In this document: piece after piece, positions 25,376 through 38,935 of the stretch | Position numbering within the stretch: the stretch's first letter is position 1 | How the letters are laid out: the number at the start of each line of letters is the position of its first letter | Origin: Eledone cirrhosa | Lineage: Eukaryota | Length of the DNA stretch: 64,000 nucleotides | NCBI GenBank assembly: GCA_964016885.1 | Contig: OZ024752.1 | Coordinates: 38,502,001 to 38,566,000 of the forward strand | Reading direction: 5' to 3' | The notes under the pieces: model-generated | What the model saw: only the letters and a program-made list of their open reading frames with translations | Databases searched by the model: none | What the model was told of the DNA's origin: nothing | Program-made: the position numbers and the translations under genes

Positions 25376-26140
25376 GACGTGACTGGTGCCAAGCTGTATC
25401 AGCCATTGCCTTTCCCTTGGACATCATATATAGTATATACAGTGTATATATACAACTGTACATAATGTGTGTAGAGGGTATATATTAGTTGTGATGTCAC
25501 TGGTGCCAAGCTGTATCAGCCATTGCCTTTCCCTTGGACACCATATATAGTATATACAGTGTATATATACAACTGTACATAATGTGTGTAGAGGGTATAT
25601 ATTAGTTGTGATGTCACTGGTGCCAAGCTGTATCAGCCATTGCCTTTCCCTTGGACACCATATATAGTATATACAGTGTATATATACAACTGTACATAAT
25701 GTGTGTAGAGGGTATATATTAGTTGTGATGTCACTGGTGCCAAGCTGTATCAGCCATTGCCTTTCCCTTGGACACCATATATAGTATATACAGTGTATAT
25801 ATACAACTGTACATAATGTGTGTAGAGGGTATATATTAGTTGTGATGTCATTGGTGCCAAGCTGTATCAGCCATTGCCTTTCCCTTGGACACCATATATA
25901 GTATATACAGTGTATATATACAACTGTACATAATGTGTGTAGAGGGTGTATATTAGTTGTGATGTCACTGGTGCCAAGCTGTATCAGCCATTGCCTTTCC
26001 CTTGGACACCATATATAGTATATACAGTGTATATATACAACTGTACATAATGTGTGTAGAGGGTGTATATTAGTTGTGATGTCATTGGTGTCAAACCGTA
26101 TAGGGTATAGGCCATTGTCTTTCTCTTGGACAACATATGT
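25376..26140. repeat. 117-bp minisatellite, ~6.5 copies
   Basis: tggtgccaag at 25384, 25501, 25618 and onward. Confidence 0.95.
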
Positions 26141-26202
26141 AGTTTAGTGTATATATAGTTTAAATATAGTGTATATAAGGTGTATGTTGTGTATATATAA
26201 TT

Positions 26203-26387
26203 GTCTCTACTTTAGGCACAAGGCCAGCAATTACCCAGTGCATTACTGGTACTTTATTTTATCGACCCTGTAAGGATGAAAGGCAAAGTCAACCTCGGCG
26301 GGATTTGAACTCAGATTGTAAAGGGACGTAACTATGCTGGAAAGCATGGCGTCCGACCCTCTACTGATACTGCCAATCCACCGCCCT
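26203..26387 (-). mobile_element. Family A SINE
   Basis: Near-identical to 1-120 and the 13180 copies. Confidence 0.85.
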
Positions 26388-26763
26388 TGTTGTGTATATA
26401 TAATAAATCTATATTATATATATACATACAATATAGATTTTACCAGTAATACACTGGGATAATTGCTGGCCTTGTGCCAAAAGTAGAAATAATTATATAT
26501 GTCACTGATACCAAGCTGTATCAGCCATAGCCTTTCCCTTGGACAACATCGGTGGTGTGGAGAGGGGAGACTGGTATGCATGGGTGACTGCTGGTCCTCA
26601 GAGAGGAACTTTCTAGGTGCAAGCCCCATGGTTGTACATGACTGAAGGTGGTCTTTGATATGATGTCAAGGATGCATTAATCCACTGTTGGTTCCGATGA
26701 TGATAATTCAGTTGTTCAACCAACTAAACATGTGACTCAGGAATTAGAATGTAAGTGGTTGAG

Positions 26764-27287
26764 TCATCATCATCACCGTTTTACGTCCGTTCTTCCACGC
26801 TAGCATGGGTTAGACGGGTTGTCCTGTTGTGGGCAGTGTCTGGTCGGCTGACCATGCCTTGCTCATACAGGAACTGATCTGGCTTGATTTCTACAGCTGG
26901 ATGCCCTTCCTAACACCAACCTCATTTACAGTGAGTGCTGGGTGCTTTTTTGCCGTGGCATCTACACGTCCACTTTACAGTGTGGGCTGGGTGTTTTTTT
27001 GCCGTGGCACCTCCACGACCACCTTGCGGTGGGGGGTGTGGGGGCATATTGTTTATATGCTTCAGCTTGTACCCATGGGAGGTCGGGTACTCTGTATTAC
27101 TGCATGACGCCAGAGGTCACGGTCGTGTGTCATTGTCTTTGAGAGGTGTAATTGGGTAAGGTCGGCTTTTATCACCTCATCCCAGGTCATCTTGGGTCTC
27201 CCCACTCCGCGGTTTCCATCAACTTCTAGGGCTCTGCACCTTTTTATGCAGCTGTCATCCTTCATACGCATCACATGTCCATACCAG
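26764..27287 (-). mobile_element. 5'-truncated RTE-clade LINE (ORF C-terminus, 3'UTR and (TGA)n tail)
   Basis: WYGHVMRMKDDSCIKRCRALEVDGNRGVGRPKMTWDEVIKADL...DRDLWR is the classic RTE C-terminus (W.GHV.R...G.R..GRP..TW...DR..WR). Confidence 0.9.
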
Positions 27288-28092
27288 TATTCCACAGAAA
27301 TGTGTATTCTTAACATAATTCCTAAATTGAATCAGTGTGACAATATGTAATAAGACTGGCAAAATCCATCCAACAGGCTTCCACACAGTTTCCATCTACC
27401 AAACACCCTAACCATTACATACAATACAAAATAGACAAATAAAGTCAACCTCTGCAGGATTTGAACTTAGAATGTAAAGAGACAGACTAAAGAGTGAAAA
27501 AGAACCTTTTCTTTGTCAACTACAAATTCTGCCATCGACTGATCTCTTCATAGTGATATCTATACACACACACACGCAATCTCTATACACATATAATATA
27601 TATATATATAAAATAAATATATATATAATATATAATATATAATATAAATATATATATATAATATAAATATATATATATAATAAAAATATAAATATAAATA
27701 TATATATAGAGAGAGAGAGGGAAAGGGGGGAGAAGAAAGAGAGAGAGGGAGAGAGAGAGAGAGATAAAAAAATGTTGATTTAATTAGTCATATCATCAGC
27801 ACTAATTACTGTAGCTAGTATAGATAACATCTGGAGTGTGGTAGTTGCATCAGTTGCAGTCAGTTGTTATTTAGCTGCAGAACGATAATTAACATATTAC
27901 ACTTATGGAGGAAAGGAAACAAAAAAAAAATAAAACTGTCTCCTAGTTGTGTTCAAGAATATTTTGGAAAGATTACTTTGAAAATTATGATCTAAGAATC
28001 AAAATGGAAATTTTTCAACAGTTTCCATCAAATTCTAACAAAAGCTGAACAATTTTATTGCAGCATTTTTAACTTTTTGCTATCGTCATCAT

Positions 28093-28790
28093 TTAACCCT
28101 TTAGCATTGAAACTGGTTGTATCTGGCCAGAATTCTCTCACCTCTTTCTGTTCAAACTGGCCAGAATTCTCTCACCTCTTTCTGTTCAAACTGGCTTTAT
28201 CTAGCCAGAATTCTCTCACCTCTTTCTGTTCAAACTGGCTTTATCTGGCCAGAATTCTCTCACCTCTTTCTGTTCAAACTGGCTTTATCTGGCCAGCATT
28301 CTCTCACCTCTTTCTGTTCAAACTGGCTTTATCTGGCCAGAATTCTCTCACCTCTTTCTGTTCAAACTGGCTTTATCTGGCCAGCATTCTCTCACCTCTT
28401 TCTGTTCAAACTGGCTTTATCTGGCCAGAATTCTCTCACCACTTTCTGTTCAAACTGGCTTTATCTGGCCAGAATTCTCTCACCTCTTTCTGTTCAAACT
28501 GGCTTTATCTGGCCAGAATTCTCTCACCACTTTCTGTTCAAACTGGCCAGAATTCTCTCACCTCTTTCTGTTCAAACTGGCTTTATCTAGCCAGAATTCT
28601 CTCACCTCTCCTCTTTCTGTTCAAACCATCTTTAACCAGCCACTCATACTAATGTTAAGGTATTGTATTCAAAATAGATAATATCAAAATCTCATAGATT
28701 CAATATTATGTGAGATAATTCTGTGAGATAAAGTGTTTGCCATGAAAATACAATAGTAAACACAGAGTAATGTAAATGTTAAAGGGTTAA
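28093..28790 (+). mobile_element. piggyBac-like MITE (family 1) with an internal 44-bp tandem expansion (28120-28625)
   Basis: TTAACCCTTTAGC...AAAGGGTTAA, with unit ttctctcacctctttctgttcaaactggctttatctggccagaa. Confidence 0.9.
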
Positions 28791-29313
28791 TGTCCGCTTT
28801 CTAACTTATTCTAGGTATGCTTTTAGAGCACCTTTCTCCACTTCAAATTATGTGTGTGTGTTTGTGTGTGCGTGTGTGTGATTATACATATCTATAGCAT
28901 ATTGCTTTTCTTTAGACCTTCATTCTGTATTTCACATTACCCCTCTCTCACAATCACTCTTTGCTTTGCTGACACAGATTTCTCTATTCATTGCTGATTT
29001 CAACACTTCCCTGCTGTTCACACAACCCACTCTCAGCTCACTCTTTGCTGACATACATCATATTTATTGTTTATTTACATCACTTTCTTCTATTTCCATT
29101 ACTCCTCCTTTTAGCCTCCTATCTCCCCCCAACATCAACCTGTCTATCACTGTCTCTCTTCCATGACTCCTCATTCCACTCTTATTGCAGCTCTGTTTGC
29201 TGGTCCATCACATTCATACTCACACTCATACTCATACTCATACTTCTATGCAGCCTCTTGCTCACACTTACTTTGCACAAACAGAGACAACTGGGAATAG
29301 AAAGAATTCTTTG

Positions 29314-29704
<391 letters not shown>

Positions 29705-29802
29705 ACTGAACTCACTCGATATGCAAATTAGGCTGCTCAGCCGTTAATTTTCATAAGGAAAGTATATACTTTCGAACGTTCAACTATCTGGCAGAAGGGT
29801 AT

Positions 29803-29845
29803 ACGGTGCTGATGATAGCTAAGAAGCTTGAAACTAGTACATCGT
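29803..29845 (+). ncRNA. Minimal type I hammerhead ribozyme motif
   Basis: acggtg-CTGATGA-tagct-aaga-agctt-GAAA-ctag-TA|catcgt. 6-bp stem I, palindromic ACTAGT stem III, and GUA cleavage after 29839. Confidence 0.8.
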
Positions 29846-29994
29846 TCCTGTGTCAGTGTTGAACAAAAAGGTGACGTGGTTGCCTTAACACCGTACGGCA
29901 TAAATCAGGCTGTCCGCTTGTTTACAAACGGACAAAGCGGGCGTTATAATAAACGTCCGCTAAACTGATACGTACATATATATATGTGTACCTG

Positions 29995-30025
<31 letters not shown>

Positions 30026-30154
30026 GCATGCTACTGTACGTCTGTATACATATATGTATGTACGTATACATACATACTTACATTTAAGTAAGTGCCGTAC
30101 TAAGAGTGAGAAATGAAATTTTGTTTCATTATATTACAACTTATATATATATAC

Positions 30155-30203
<49 letters not shown>

Positions 30204-30212
30204 CATATATGT

Positions 30213-30600
30213 ATCATCATCATCATCATCACCGTTTTACGTCCGTTCTTCTACACTAGCCTGAGTTAGACGGGTTGTCCTGTTGTGGGTAGTGTCTGGT
30301 CGGCTGACCTTGTCTTGCTCATACGGGAACTGATTCTGGCTTGATTTCTACAGCTGGATGCCCTTCCTAACACCAACCTCATTTACAGTGAGTGCTGGGT
30401 GCTTTTTTGCCGTGGCACCTCACGACCACTTTGCAGTGGAATGATAGGGACCCCAGTCCCTATCATCTCATTTCTACAGCTGAGTAAACTGGAGCAATGT
30501 GAAATAAAGTGTCTTGCTCAAGGAAACAACACATCACCTGGTCCGAGATTTGAACTCACAACCTTTTGATTGCAAGTCCAATGCTCTAACCACTAAGCTA
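30213..30600 (-). mobile_element. Family B SINE with RTE tail
   Basis: Homologous to 8586-8901 and 40928-41277. Confidence 0.85.
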
Positions 30601-30647
30601 TATATATATATATATACATATAATATATGTATTTATATATATATAAT

Positions 30648-30833
30648 TGTTTCTACTTTTGGCATAAGGCCAACAATTACCCAGTGCATTACTGGTACTT
30701 TATTTTATCGACCCCATAAGGATGAAAGGCAAAGTTAACCTCAGCGGGATTTGAACTCAGAATGGCAAGGCCTGTAACTCTATACTGGAAAGCATGGTGT
30801 CTGACCCTCTACTGATACTGCCAATCCACTGCC
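30648..30833 (-). mobile_element. Family A SINE
   Basis: Homology to the other copies. Confidence 0.85.
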
Positions 30834-30981
<148 letters not shown>

Positions 30982-33900
30982 GAGTTAATAAGTTAATAAG
31001 GGTTAATATTTAACTAATACTTACTGTTGGGTTAATAAGGGTTAATATTTAACTAATACTCAATATTGAGTTAATTTGAGTTAATCAGGGTTAATATTTA
31101 ATCAATACTTAACTGACATTCAAGTTATTATATTCTGGTCGAAATTGAAATATATCAATAAGGTAATCAATATATGATTCTAATATTGATTCATGAAGTT
31201 GTAGCTGAAAGGATAATAAGTTTGCTTTGCAGTTGTGAGGTTGCAGGTTTGATCCCTGTGTGTTATATCTTGGACAAGTGGCTTTTTTCATAGCCTCGAG
31301 TTAGCCTAATTGGGTAGACAGAAACTGTGTGGAAGCCTGTTGGATGGACTGTATATGCAATTTAAAGCACCACCCTTGCCACGTGCTGTGTCATGTCTGT
31401 GGGATACTCAGCCACTTACAATGAACTGTATCTGTAATTCAAAGGACCAACCTTGCCACAGACTGTGTCATGCTGAATCTCCCTGAGAATTATGTTATGG
31501 GTAGACATGTCTGTGGAATACTCAGCCACTCACGATGAACAAATAGTTCAGTTGATTCAACAAGATACTACTCACCATCAAAACCAATAGAGAGGAGCCA
31601 TTATAAACCAAAGAAAATATACCTGATTAAATAAAGAAAAGTTTTTTTTAACTAAAATAAATAAAATTATTGTATTTATAAAGTGGGGTGGAGACACGTG
31701 ACTTAGTGGTTAGATAATTGGATTTGCAATTGTGATGTTTTGTGTTTGATTCCCATACCAAGCGATGCATTATGTCCTTGAGCAAGACACTTTATTTCAT
31801 GTTACTTTTTCTGCCAGGAGTTGCAACCAGGTGATAATATAAGCAATAGGAAAGACCAATACAAATATTGTTTCATTGGTTCAATTTAATGAGTTCCATC
31901 CAACTCAGTAAGTGAGATAGATAGCTTAGGGAACTTGTCGATCGATTTCTAATAAAGTTAAATTTGTGTCCCACTAATTAATTCTTTCCTTAGATAATTA
32001 GATGTTCACATATTTTATATTTCTGTTTTATTTTCACCAAATCTATTGTAGCTTTAGCAAGGCTGAGTTTCTGAAATTATCAACCATCTTCATGCCAAAT
32101 ACATGTACCACATTACCAAATCTTCCTCTTCTCCTCTCAGAATTCCTTTTCTTAATTGTTTTGGCAGTCATAACTATATGCTTTCAGATTTTTTTGGCTC
32201 TAACTTTACTATGGCAACCAGGCTGTAACATATCAGTGTTCATCATTCATTTCCATTATATATGTCATATCTGACTTTAGATTTCTTTTATACAAATATT
32301 TTCATGTTTCCAGTCCAAGTTAAGGTCATAAATCAGTTGAAAATCAAGTCAAACGCATTAATAAATATATATTTAAAAAAAAAAAAAAAAATCAAATCAA
32401 CAACGCATGTTTATGTTTCATTCCTATTCAAAATATTGCAAGTTTTTCTGCCTGCATAGCTTGCCAACATCTCACTTCTTGGTAACAACTCACATATTCA
32501 ACCTGACCTTTGAGTACTTTAAGAAAAAAAGTTTGATTTTTGGATCACTAGCTATTGATCCTTTGGGCTTTGAAACTAACTAGTCAAGCAAATAAATCCA
32601 ATTCAATAACAATTATTAATTTTTTTTTTGTTTTTTTTTACTGAATATCAACAAAATAGAATCAATAATATTGGACAAAAACTGATTCCAAATTTCTCTG
32701 ATACAAATACAGCAAAAAAGCAATATTTCATCTACTTAAAGCTTACTATAATTCTTCATATGAAAAAAAAAAAAAAAAAAAAAAAATCCTAAAATATTTA
32801 ATGAATAAAAGAATTTTTTTTTCATGAATATTCCCACATGCATACACATGTAAAGATACGAACATCTACACTTATTCTTGAAAACATATACAATACATAG
32901 AGAATTTAACTTCTTACAAATGGTACTGCCAATCTGAAGAGATCAGCTAAAAATGAAGAGGAATTTAAAGACAGATATTGAAAAACGAATCAAAACACAC
33001 AAAAAAAAAACACATGCAAAAAAAAAAAACATTAAAACCAAAATTTACCCTGTGTCCCAATTCTTTTAAAATTGGAATTTTGGATAAAACAAAAACAACA
33101 GAAAAAAAAACCAGTTTTATTTTCTAAGCGGGAAGTGATGTTATTTTTTTTATCGTGAATTTGATTTTTCTTAATATTTGTAAAACAGAGAAATTTAGAA
33201 TGTAAAGAAAACAAGAAAATACTTAACCATTCATCAATATTATACAATAGAAAACAGTTTCTATTGTTAAAGGTAGATTTTTCCCAATCAGGTGGAAGGA
33301 AATTGCAATAAAAACAACAGATCAGTCATAATAACAACAATGACAACAGAAGTAGCAACAAGCCAAACAAAGGAGCCTCAACATAAAAAAATGTCAATCT
33401 TTTTCAGTGAACAAAGTACTAAACATGTTATGGCACACTTTCAGCTTTTTAAAAGTGATAATATATGTATAAAATAAAAAACATTTAAAAAATTGTTTTA
33501 GATCAGATATTGGCACATGCATTGCACTTTGCTGCTAAGAAATACATATAGACTGGTACAATGTATTAAAAACACTGGAGTTTTTAAAAATATTCTTGCA
33601 TTTTTCGACTTGCTTCAAAAAAATCACAGCATACATGTGGACCATATATGGCATACAAATGTTTCATAACATGACGGTGAAAAACGTCTGCCCTACATAG
33701 TTGATTGATCTACTAGAAAATAGTAGAAATATTTCCCTCAAATAATACCGTTTGTATCCAAGTTTTTAAAATTGATAAACCTTATCCCTTCATATTGTAA
33801 GAAGTGACTAAAAGGGGTTGCAACAGAAAGGGCATATGGCTGTAAAACATTGTCTCAAAACATCTTGTCTAAACCACGCCAGTATAAAAACTATGATGGT

Positions 33901-34129
33901 GATGAATACTTTTTTACTTTTTTATGTTTTCCAGGCTACTGGCTGAAGGAGGCCATGCTGGGGCACTGCCATTGGCCACTATGAGGAAATGAACCCATAT
34001 TTCTCAGATACCGACTAGGTGCTTTTAACCATTGAACTAAGGGACCAGTGTATCTAAGACTACACTAATTGATTGATTAAAAGGCAAGATGGGCACAGAA
34101 CAAATACCTTTGATCATCTAAAAACTGTC

Positions 34130-34380
34130 TTGAGCCTGGAATCTCATCAGGCCAGTGTTTATCCTGGTTTCCATGACGTTAAGAGACTGAGATTACAAGA
34201 TTTCCTGTTGGACAGGACACTAATCCATCACAAGGTTAAACCCTCAGCTGAGTATATTGGAGCAATGTGAAATGAAGTGTTTTGCTCAAGAACACAACAC
34301 ACAACCCAGTGCAGGGATTGAACCCACAGCATTATGATCGTAAGTCCAACACCTTTACCACTAGGCCATGCACCTCCACA
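34130..34380 (-). mobile_element. Diverged family B-like SINE
   Basis: gagcaatgtgaaatgaagtgttttgctcaagaacacaac...accactaggccatgcacctcc. Confidence 0.65.
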
Positions 34381-36022
34381 TGCCTTTCATCATAGGTCTA
34401 TTCAATCTATAATCACCTAAGAATATAATAAATTTAATGAGACAAAATGACAGAAAAAGAAAAAGGCAAAGAAATTTTGGGGATGAAATTTTTAGGAGCA
34501 AATATTTTAACAATTCCTTAAAATTACACAAATAAATAAGAAAAATAGTTTGAACAAAATATATTTTATCTAAATTGAAGAATAAATATAGCGAGAGTAG
34601 GAATACTTTCTTGTATATTTCTGATGAGAGTTATGAGAGAGAGAAAAAGAGACTTATGAAGAGAGGGCAGGAGTGTTATATGTTAATAGAGAACCTAAAA
34701 CTAAACCAGAAATACTAGTCTTAACCTCTGAAACTCAGATTTATGATAAACTCCTCCTCCTCCTCCTCATTATTGTTGTTTTTATGTCCACTTTTCTATA
34801 CTGGAATGGGTTTGATAGGACCTTTTGAGGAAGGGTTTTATGGTCAGATGCTTCTCCTGGTGCTTACCTACCCTTTTAGGGATTTCATACGACATGCAGG
34901 GATATATATGGTGTAACTATTTTAAAAATTGACAACTAAAGATACTTTTTGTAAGGGCATCAGCAATGTTAACATCAACAATGTTAAGTAAATTAGTTCC
35001 AAAATGACAATAAAAAATAAAGTCATGAATTGTTTGCTAAGAAGTTAGCACAGTAATACTAGTTTCTCTCTATGATAGAAGGTTCTAGAAGGTTCTATTG
35101 ATGTTAAAACAAAGATTAATGTTAAAATAAACAATCAAATTATTTTATTCTTTAATCAATGTAATTAATCAAATTTATAATTTATTTTTGAACAGAAGTA
35201 AACAATGATGAAGGTATTAAAAAAGGGGGCATATATATATATGGTATGTATGTATATATATGTATATATATATATATGCAAAAAGTAAATGGAAACAACA
35301 AAGCAATGAAGAAATATGTTAGTTTAACATTTGATATAATAGGAAAAAAGTTTTAACGTTTTGGATACTAGTCCTTCATCAGAAGATAGAATGAGAAAGA
35401 AAAGAATATATAGAAAGATAGAAAGTGAGAGGAAGAAAAAATTGTGGGGGGGGGGGGGGGGGGGCACATGTGGATTCAGTCAGCCATTTTGGAGAAATGC
35501 TGGTCAGTGGGTATCTTAGATATTAGAGAGGTTTTGAAAAGGAAATAATCCTTGTGTATTTTGAGTGGACATGTGTATGTGTTGGTTTGTCTGGATGTTT
35601 GTTCAATGGTAACAAAGCTGGCTGCTGTGAGATTCTTAAGGTGATAGTGTAGCAGTGTGGTTGTAGAGGGACAAGAGCCGGGTGGAATCCTAAGGTAGGA
35701 AAAGAAGGAACTCTGTACAAGAAGGTCAAATCTAAATGGAGATCTTTCTCCCTTTTGATGACCTCACAGAGTCACTAGATACAGATTAGTGAGTCCATAA
35801 TATGGCTGGATTAGCCTCATCAAGGGCATTTACTAATATTTCACTTTATTAACAATCAGTAAGATATAATCTATAAATATTAATAAAGTCTTATAACAAG
35901 AAAGGGTTCGACTTACTGCCATTATCAATACACCTCACAGTAATACATTGAAAAAGACTACAGAATATTAAAGTTTAATATAAAACATAACATTTAATAG
36001 AGAGAAAGGATAAATAGCATTA

Positions 36023-36632
36023 TACAGGGTGAGTCATAAGTAAACGGGCAGTCAATGCATTTTTATTGAAAGGTTCAGAGATAACTTTTTGAATATCCGC
36101 TTATTTGTGTGTGATCAGCCATGTTTTGTGCATTTTTTTCTATTCCATGAATGAAGTATTACGAAATGACCACATGCTTGTGAGATGTGATTCCAGCAAA
36201 ATGGTTCACCTCCTCATTGTATCATTGTTGCGTACAACTGGCTTGATGAACACTTCCTACGTAGTTGGATCTGACACCGTGGTCCTATTAAATATCCCCC
36301 TTAATCTCCTGACTTTATATGTCTTGACTTTTTTTCTTTGAGGTCTACTGAAGAATTCGGTCTACACTGAAAAACCGAGAAGTGTTCAGCAGCTTAAAGC
36401 AAGGATAGTGAATTCTTGTGCAGAAAACAATGGCAACTTGTGTCAACGTATGTTATTCTGTTCTTGACAGAGCTTCAAGACGTATTGAGGAACAAGGTCA
36501 GCTTTTCAAACAATTACTTTAATTATATATTTTTAACTACTTTTGTTTGTTGTATTCATAATTTTGTACAGTATGACCAAAATTTTAATAAATATTATTA
36601 TATGGAATTATAAATGTTGGACTGTCTGATTC
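36023..36632 (+). mobile_element. Degenerate, internally deleted Tc1/mariner (DD41D-like) element retaining a DDE-domain pseudogene
   Basis: TA-CAGGGTGAGTCA left TIR. 36191-36516 reads FQQNGSPPH...NWLDEHFLRSWI*HRGPIKYPP*SPDF..LDFFL*GLLKNSVYTEKPRSVQQLKARI (consensus FQQDGAPPH...WPPRSPDLTPLDFFLWG.LK..VY). Confidence 0.85.
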
Positions 36633-38025
36633 AATCGGTAGGAAGGGGGTTCAAGGACCCAGAACACCAGAAATCTCCACAATAGGTTCAACAGAAAATC
36701 TATCAGAAAGTGGCTGATACTTCAACAGCTTGCCGTCTTCAGCTCATGAGGCAACGAAACCTGTATTTATTGCTGAATCTATGCTTCCTCTTAAACTTAA
36801 CATTCTATGCAAAACTTTTATATTCTATGTTCATATTTACATTTAATATTAATTACAATTAGTCTTCTACAATGTAGCAGTGTGATATATATTTATTGAT
36901 AATGACTTTATCCCAGTATACCAAACATTTCCAGAAATACGATTCTACTAACATTCCCAGATTATAACTCGCTGATGACATTATAATGAAATACAAGTTA
37001 CTACCCCTTACAAGGTTAATATAGTCTTATCTCAGACTCACTGAATTTGGTGACCTTCTTTAGTAGTGTTGGTAAAGTAGTTGGTGATTGGTTGGACATC
37101 CAACTCTAGAAAACTTGCCAAACAAAGGGTCCAGAGGTCGTTTCAGTTGTATTAAAGACACAACAGTTTCTTTAGTGTTGGTGTCATGATAAAATGCACC
37201 CAGTGCACTCACTCTATAGATAGTAAGAATGTATATTCATGAGATGTGGCCACAGGTTTGTCTGAAAGGTCAATGGTTCTGATCAAATACTGACCAAGTC
37301 TGTAATGATCTAGCTAACCCTTGTACCCTTACTAGCAAGGGAAATTATGTTAAATGATGATGATGATGATGATGATATAAATATATATATATGATGATGA
37401 AATGATGATGATATATATATATATCATATATCTATAAATCATATATACATATATATATATGTATATATATATAATCATTATAATCATAATTTTTACGTGT
37501 GTTTTTTTCCTTATTTGTATGTACAGTCTACCCCCTCACTTCCCCCTTCCCTCTTCTTCCAATATTTAATTTTTTTTCTTTCCTCTAGTTCATTATATGA
37601 AATATTTATGTCAATAAAATTCCTTTAAAAAACATTAAAATCAAAGTAACTAATTAAATGTCTATTAGGTTTCGAAAAATTATTATTTCTAGAAGTAGGT
37701 TAATAATTTTGTTTAATTAATTAAATTAAGAATGTAAAAATCAATGTTAATTGGATAAATAATAAAATTAATTGTTTTCATTTTTATTGTATTATTATCT
37801 TCCATAATATTGCACCAATCACTTTTTTAAATAAATAACAATTTCAAAACTATGGAACAGGAAGCACTGAGATTTTCTTCATTAAGCCAACATGGCGTTG
37901 GCTTGATGAAAAAAGAAATGTTTGAGAAACACAAACATTGGATTAGATTACAAGACTTATCAAGTAAGTTCAATAAGCAAAAAAGAAAATCTCATTATAA
38001 AAAATGTTAATACTAAATACATTTC

Positions 38026-38497
38026 TTAACTCTTGCATGACCACATTTCTAAAGAAATACACTCTATTTCAATTAATTAATGAAGAATTTTGAGAGATTT
38101 ACTAAAATTATTAATTATTTCATGACTAAGATAGTAACTTAATGTGAGGTTCTTATATAAAATTATTGGAAGATTTTAATTTAAATTGGAAATCTTTAAA
38201 ATGTTTGACTTTATTTCATAGAACCAGAGCTGGTTTTGACCAGGTTAGTAACTAAAGGGTTAAATAGAAACCCTTTAAAATTGGTGATTTTATTTCATAG
38301 AACCAGCACTGTTTTGTCCGGTTTGGTAACTAAAGGGTTAAATAGAAACCCTTTAAAATTGGTGATTTTATTTCATAGAACCAGCACTGTTTTGTCCGGT
38401 TTGGTAACTAAAGGGTTAAATAGAAACCCTTTAAAATTGGTGATTTTATTTCATAGAACCAGCACTGTTTTGTCTGGTTTGGTATCTAAAGAGTTAA
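38026..38497 (+). mobile_element. piggyBac-like MITE (family 2) whose right end is tandemly amplified as a 78-bp repeat (~4 copies)
   Basis: ...ggtaactaaagggTTAA repeated with a 78-bp period (26-aa periodic ORF). Confidence 0.75.
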
Positions 38498-38752
38498 AGA
38501 CAGAAAATATTTTGAAAACTTAGTCTTTTTTTTTTTTTAAATTGACATTCAACAAAAAACAAAACAAAAACAAATCCAACAAGAATGATAATAATTCAAA
38601 ACTGATGAAAATGTTATTGTATTGAGATTTGACAATTAAATAAAACTATAGGGACTCTTTTGCTCATTCTTATATCCTGGATACTGCACTGAAAGTGGGG
38701 GTCACTGTAATTGCAACTGAATGGAAAGAAATTCTAAAATACTATGAATAAT

Positions 38753-38935
38753 TGTTTCTACTATTGGCACAAGGCCAGCAATTACCCAGTACATTACTGG
38801 TACTTTATTTTATCGACCCCGTAAGGATGAAAGACAAAGTTAACCTCGGCAGCATTTGAACTCAGAATGGCAAGGGCCGTAACTCTATGCATCAAAGCAT
38901 GGCGTCCGACCCTCTACCGATACTGCCAATCCACC
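38753..38935 (-). mobile_element. Family A SINE
   Basis: Homology to the other copies. Confidence 0.85.

Larger units (their letters stand above)
25232..26657 (+). mobile_element. Family B SINE (third tail type) split by a 117-bp array and a nested family A SINE
   Basis: Head at 25232-25420. The body resumes at 26501 (gtcactgataccaagctgtatcagcc...). Confidence 0.7.
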
